From contig OY843592.1 of assembly GCA_963692865.2 (NCBI GenBank), positions 32,001 to 96,000 on the forward strand: 64,000 bases of DNA, written 5' to 3'. Made by a program: the position numbers and the translations under genes. Of this stretch, positions 60,471-64,000 are shown piece by piece; within the stretch, counting starts at the first letter, position 1, and the number at the start of each line of letters is the position of its first letter. The stretch comes from a bacterium (GTDB lineage: Bacteria > UBA8248). A model generated the notes under the pieces. The model worked only from the letters and a program-made list of their open reading frames with translations, was not told where the DNA came from and searched no databases.

Positions 60471-60932
60471 ATGACTGATATTGTGGACAAACAGCGGCGA
60501 AGCAAGATGATGTCCAAGATTCGAGGGCGCAATACTGTGCCCGAGCTCGTCGTTCGTCGTATTGCACACAAGTTGGGTCTCCGTTTCCGTCTTCACCGGA
60601 AAGACCTTCCCGGTTGCCCCGACTTAGTTTTTCCAAAATATCGTCTAGTCGTGTTCGTACATGGATGCTTTTGGCATCGGCATGAAGGATGCCAGTACGC
60701 ATATAAACCCAAGTCTCGAATAGAATTTTGGACGGAAAAGTTCGCAAGCAATGTCGCGCGTGACCGGCGCAATGAAGAAGCGTTACGAAACCTCGGCTGG
60801 CGAGTTCTGGTAATCTGGGAATGCGAAACGAAAAATGAGGGGTCTGTCAAACAAAATCTTGCTAAGTATATTAATCGTGACGATCCTGATTTGTATTCCG
60901 AAACTTCTCAACAACCATTGAATGAGAAATAG
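60471..60932 (+). CDS. vsr: Very-short-patch repair endonuclease
   Basis: RSKMMSKI...T.PE, LPGCPD, FVHGCFWH.H, NVARD and GWRVLVIWEC motifs. Confidence 0.95.
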   Translation: MTDIVDKQRRSKMMSKIRGRNTVPELVVRRIAHKLGLRFRLHRKDLPGCPDLVFPKYRLVVFVHGCFWHRHEGCQYAYKPKSRIEFWTEKFASNVARDRRNEEALRNLGWRVLVIWECETKNEGSVKQNLAKYINRDDPDLYSETSQQPLNEK

Positions 60933-61889
60933 ATGCTGACTTTTGTTGACTTGTTCTGTGGAGGGGGATTTGGTGCCTGGGGAGCGATTAGGGGTGGGGG
61001 CAAGCCGCTCTTGGGGATCGATTCTTGGAAGACCGCTGTCAAGACATACAAACACAATTACCCTCAAGCGGATGTGATTTGTGCCAGAATCGAAGATTTA
61101 GATCCCTGTACATTATCAAATCGCTACCAACCTGACGTCTTGCTAACATCGCCAGAATGTACCGCACACTCCATCGCGAGGGGTGCGAATCCTGGATGTG
61201 AGAGAAGCCGGGAGGTCGCACTTGGAATTATTCCTTGGTTAACAGCTATGCAACCTAGATGGCTGATTATTGAAAATGTTAATCGAATGAAACGCTGGAA
61301 CAGACATGATGAACTGATAACGACAATAGAGTCTGCTGGATATAAGGTCAGTGATCTATACTTGAATTCTGCCGATTTCGGCACCCCTCAAGCAAGAAAG
61401 CGGCTATTCCTAGTATGTGACCGGGACGGGACGTTGCTCAGCCGGGAACTACTGCTTGATCAGCAGAGCAAAAAACAAATGACTGCCAAAGATATTCTTG
61501 CTCCTGAAAACAAGTTTCAGTCCTCCCCGCTGCTCAAGAAAAACAGAGCCGAGGCGACAATTGAGAGAGCGGAAAGAGCAATTGAGGAACTCGGCAAGGA
61601 AGTACCGTTTCTTATTGTGTACTATGGTTCAGACTACGCGGGTGGCTGGCAGGCGCTTGATGCGCCTCTCCGCACTGTCACAACAATAGATAGATTTGGA
61701 CTTGTTACATGGCAACATGGAGAACCGTTTTTGAGAATGTTACAGCCAGAGGAGCTCACGAGAGCCATGGGGGCAGATGGGCTAAAACTAGAAGTTGGAA
61801 ATCGGCGAGAAAAAATCAGACTCTGCGGTAATGGAGTATGCGCCCCTGTACTGGAAACAATCTTCCGGACACTCGACACGGCAGCCTGA
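60933..61889 (+). CDS. DNA (cytosine-5) methyltransferase
   Basis: Motif I DLFCGGG, motif IV SPEC, motif VI IENV, motif VIII PQARKR and motif X GNGV. Confidence 0.9.
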   Translation: MLTFVDLFCGGGFGAWGAIRGGGKPLLGIDSWKTAVKTYKHNYPQADVICARIEDLDPCTLSNRYQPDVLLTSPECTAHSIARGANPGCERSREVALGIIPWLTAMQPRWLIIENVNRMKRWNRHDELITTIESAGYKVSDLYLNSADFGTPQARKRLFLVCDRDGTLLSRELLLDQQSKKQMTAKDILAPENKFQSSPLLKKNRAEATIERAERAIEELGKEVPFLIVYYGSDYAGGWQALDAPLRTVTTIDRFGLVTWQHGEPFLRMLQPEELTRAMGADGLKLEVGNRREKIRLCGNGVCAPVLETIFRTLDTAA

Positions 61890-61907
61890 GATGGACAGGG
61901 CAAAAAA

Positions 61908-62068
61908 GTCCTGAAATCGACCGATTTGATCATCGATCAAATTTACGAGGACGGTCGAAAAGGTAACGTATCAGATGACCCACTTCAATGTCCTGAAATC
62001 GGCCGACTTGATCATCGATCAAATCTACGAGGGCGGTCGAAAAGGTAACGCATCAGATGACCCACTTC
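61908..62068 (+). repeat. 79-bp direct repeat (82-bp period) at the start of the nuclease gene
   Basis: 61908-61986 versus 61990-62068, five mismatches. Confidence 0.9.
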
Positions 62069-63141
62069 CTCATCTTTTGGGTGTTTCCAATAGCGCGGGA
62101 TTTAGACATCTCGGCAAGCGGCCCAGAGTTAACACCCTAAAATTATTGGTTCTGTATACCAATTTACGTGACCCAAACTGGCCGGATTCGATGGATCCTG
62201 AAACGGGTATATTTACGTATTATGGGGATCGTCGAACGCCAGGGCCACTACATGAAACTCCCAGAAGCGGCAATCAAATTCTGGCAAATCTATTCGAGGC
62301 CCGACATGGAGATATATCGAAATTTCCCCCGATATTGATATTCGGAAATGCCGGGAGATTTCGTGATGTAAGATTTTATGGCTTGGCTGTACCCGGGGCA
62401 GAAGGCATGACTCAGGATGAAGATCTCGTGGCCGTATGGCGAAGTAGCGGTGATCAAGGGATTCGATACCAGAACTACAGGGCGAGATTTACGATACTAA
62501 ATGTTCCTGTAATCAGCAGAGCTTGGATTTCTGATATTCAAGACGGCTGCGCTCTACCATCACGACTTGCACCAAAACCCTGGCTTGATTGGGTGAAATT
62601 AAGAAAATACGCCCCCATCGAGGCAGAGCAAATTATCAAGACTCGGTCCAAAAATGAACAGTTACCACATAACTTGGAAGACATCCGTATTCTGTCATTG
62701 GTATATGAACGCTATAAAAATGCTCCCATTGACTTTGAAAGGTGCGCTGTTGAGATTGCGAAACTATCCATGCCGTCTATTGCTCGGGTCGATCTAACTA
62801 GGCCTTGGCGCGATGGCGGGCGCGATGCTTTAGGGACTTATCAAATCGGTCAAGAGCGCTCAGCTATCAAAGTAGAATTCTCGTTGGAAGCCAAGTGTTA
62901 TAGCACTTCCCATGGTGTCGGGGTGAAACTTCTTTCTCGATTAATATCAAGGCTTCGCCACAGGCAATTTGGGATACTCGTCACAACTTCGTATCTGAGC
63001 GGACAAGCCTATCAAGAAATTACCAATGACCAACATCCTATAATAATTATATCCGGGAAAGACATCGTTTCTATTCTGAAGACAAAGATTGGTGACTTGC
63101 ATCGTATTCGGGAGTGGCTAGGTTCGCTTTCAGAATCTTGA
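61975..63141 (+). CDS. AspBHI/MspJI-like modification-dependent restriction endonuclease (SRA-like + Mrr_cat)
   Basis: ADLIIDQIYEGG, NS.GFR, WPD.....G.FTYYGD, F.GLAVPG, RDGGRD, EAKCY and RLISRLRHRQFGILVTTSY motifs. Confidence 0.82.
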   Translation: MTHFNVLKSADLIIDQIYEGGRKGNASDDPLPHLLGVSNSAGFRHLGKRPRVNTLKLLVLYTNLRDPNWPDSMDPETGIFTYYGDRRTPGPLHETPRSGNQILANLFEARHGDISKFPPILIFGNAGRFRDVRFYGLAVPGAEGMTQDEDLVAVWRSSGDQGIRYQNYRARFTILNVPVISRAWISDIQDGCALPSRLAPKPWLDWVKLRKYAPIEAEQIIKTRSKNEQLPHNLEDIRILSLVYERYKNAPIDFERCAVEIAKLSMPSIARVDLTRPWRDGGRDALGTYQIGQERSAIKVEFSLEAKCYSTSHGVGVKLLSRLISRLRHRQFGILVTTSYLSGQAYQEITNDQHPIIIISGKDIVSILKTKIGDLHRIREWLGSLSES

Positions 63142-63160
63142 AAGCACTTTATTTATGGTT

Positions 63161-64000
63161 TCAGGGAAACGAAATGATTCCCGGGCGGGCACCATAGCTA
63201 TGAATCCAATATATCAGGTCATTGAGAAGCTGCTCACGCAAGCGAAAAAGAAATTTTGCCTTCTTAACATTCGCGCTCGGTAATGACACCTGAAAACGCG
63301 CGTTTACGTGCAAAAAACAATTCTCATTGTTACATACGAAGTGTGGACTGCGCCAAAGAGCAGCAGGAGGTCTATTTTTTCGCACTTGGTCTGCGGGCAG
63401 GAGCAGACCGAGATAGAAAGGTGAGGGTCCTGGCTGTTTTTGAGCATAGTCGCAGGCCGCTTGAGTCTGTACCAATACCCATAGATCACCGTTATGGTCT
63501 TTCTGGTTATTTTTACGCCAGAACTGTTTTTCAGCTGCCATGGCTTCCTTAATGTTAAATGTAGATTCGAACATATCGCCAGAAAACTCTTTTGGAAGAG
63601 AGAGCACGTCACCACGCTCAGACCCATCCTTATCAGAAGTCGAAAGTGCAACATGAATCAGTTTGTTGAGCTTTGCGGCTTTATCCTGAGACAGGTTTTG
63701 CCCGACATCGGTTTCATCAAATGCCGCCTCCCATTGTTCGTTGTCGACTTCCCGTGATCGCATTGACGCGATACGGTCAGCTAGAATAGGCAGAAGTGCC
63801 TCATTCACCGCTCGAAATCGATCCTCTTCGACATGTTCCTTTCCAACTGCGGCAACAGCGAAATTTGCAAGCAACTTGCCAAGGGTTTTAGTGTGGTCCT
63901 GAACCTGTGTCTCAGACTTCGCCAGTTCAAGAATGGATGAAACTGTATCAGCTCCAGCATCAGTCACTCGCTCTTCCCAATTGAAAAGCGCCTGGATTTG
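63161..64000 (-). CDS. C-terminal part of a protein resembling receiver-domain partners of R-M loci (5' end outside window)
   Basis: The frame is open to the window end (QIQALFNWEERVTD...). The ACDYAQ motif and terminal LRE...ARPG pattern resemble C-termini of R-M-associated receiver-domain proteins. Confidence 0.5.
   Translation of the reverse strand, partial: QIQALFNWEERVTDAGADTVSSILELAKSETQVQDHTKTLGKLLANFAVAAVGKEHVEEDRFRAVNEALLPILADRIASMRSREVDNEQWEAAFDETDVGQNLSQDKAAKLNKLIHVALSTSDKDGSERGDVLSLPKEFSGDMFESTFNIKEAMAAEKQFWRKNNQKDHNGDLWVLVQTQAACDYAQKQPGPSPFYLGLLLPADQVRKNRPPAALWRSPHFVCNNENCFLHVNARFQVSLPSANVKKAKFLFRLREQLLNDLIYWIHSYGARPGIISFP

Noticed and set aside
61908-62068. Repeat pair as a DGR template/variable region
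   Set aside because: The differences are not confined to adenines on one strand (A,T,T,A,T versus G,C,C,G,C), and there is no reverse transcriptase in the window.
63532-63560. TAATGTTAAAT resembling the XerD arm of a dif site
   Set aside because: No XerC-like arm lies at the correct spacing, and the sequence is inside a coding region.

Overview
GC-rich bacterial chromosomal window. It holds mostly housekeeping and catabolic genes: ispA/xseB/xseA/folD, cysE-iscS-iscU, a Fe-S/molybdopterin oxidoreductase fusion, greA, hydantoinase/oxoprolinase A+B, maf, ispB-like, thiI, msrA, selD, acyl-CoA dehydrogenase/MaoC/CoA-transferase genes, comM, emrAB, a Liv-type ABC transporter and four tRNAs. Many intergenic gaps are filled with mosaic palindromic (REP/MITE-like) repeats. 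Main highlights: (1) a complete 3267-bp IS1595-family element (27267-30533) with perfect 26-bp terminal inverted repeats and an 8-bp target duplication, carrying several small passenger genes, about 600 bp of highly structured non-coding sequence with divergent promoters, and internal TIR copies on the transposase promoter; (2) selD is a selenoprotein with an in-frame UGA and a SECIS-like hairpin, truncated by the ORF track; (3) a ~1.6-kb tandem duplication keeps two intact SsuD-like monooxygenases while the co-duplicated flanks have decayed; (4) a Cys-rich MarR plus ArsP-type permease operon lies divergent from a DehI-family dehalogenase; (5) a low-GC defence island at the right edge contains Vsr, a C5-methyltransferase, an AspBHI-like nuclease and a partial receiver-associated protein. 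All product calls come from motif recognition by eye; no database search was run.
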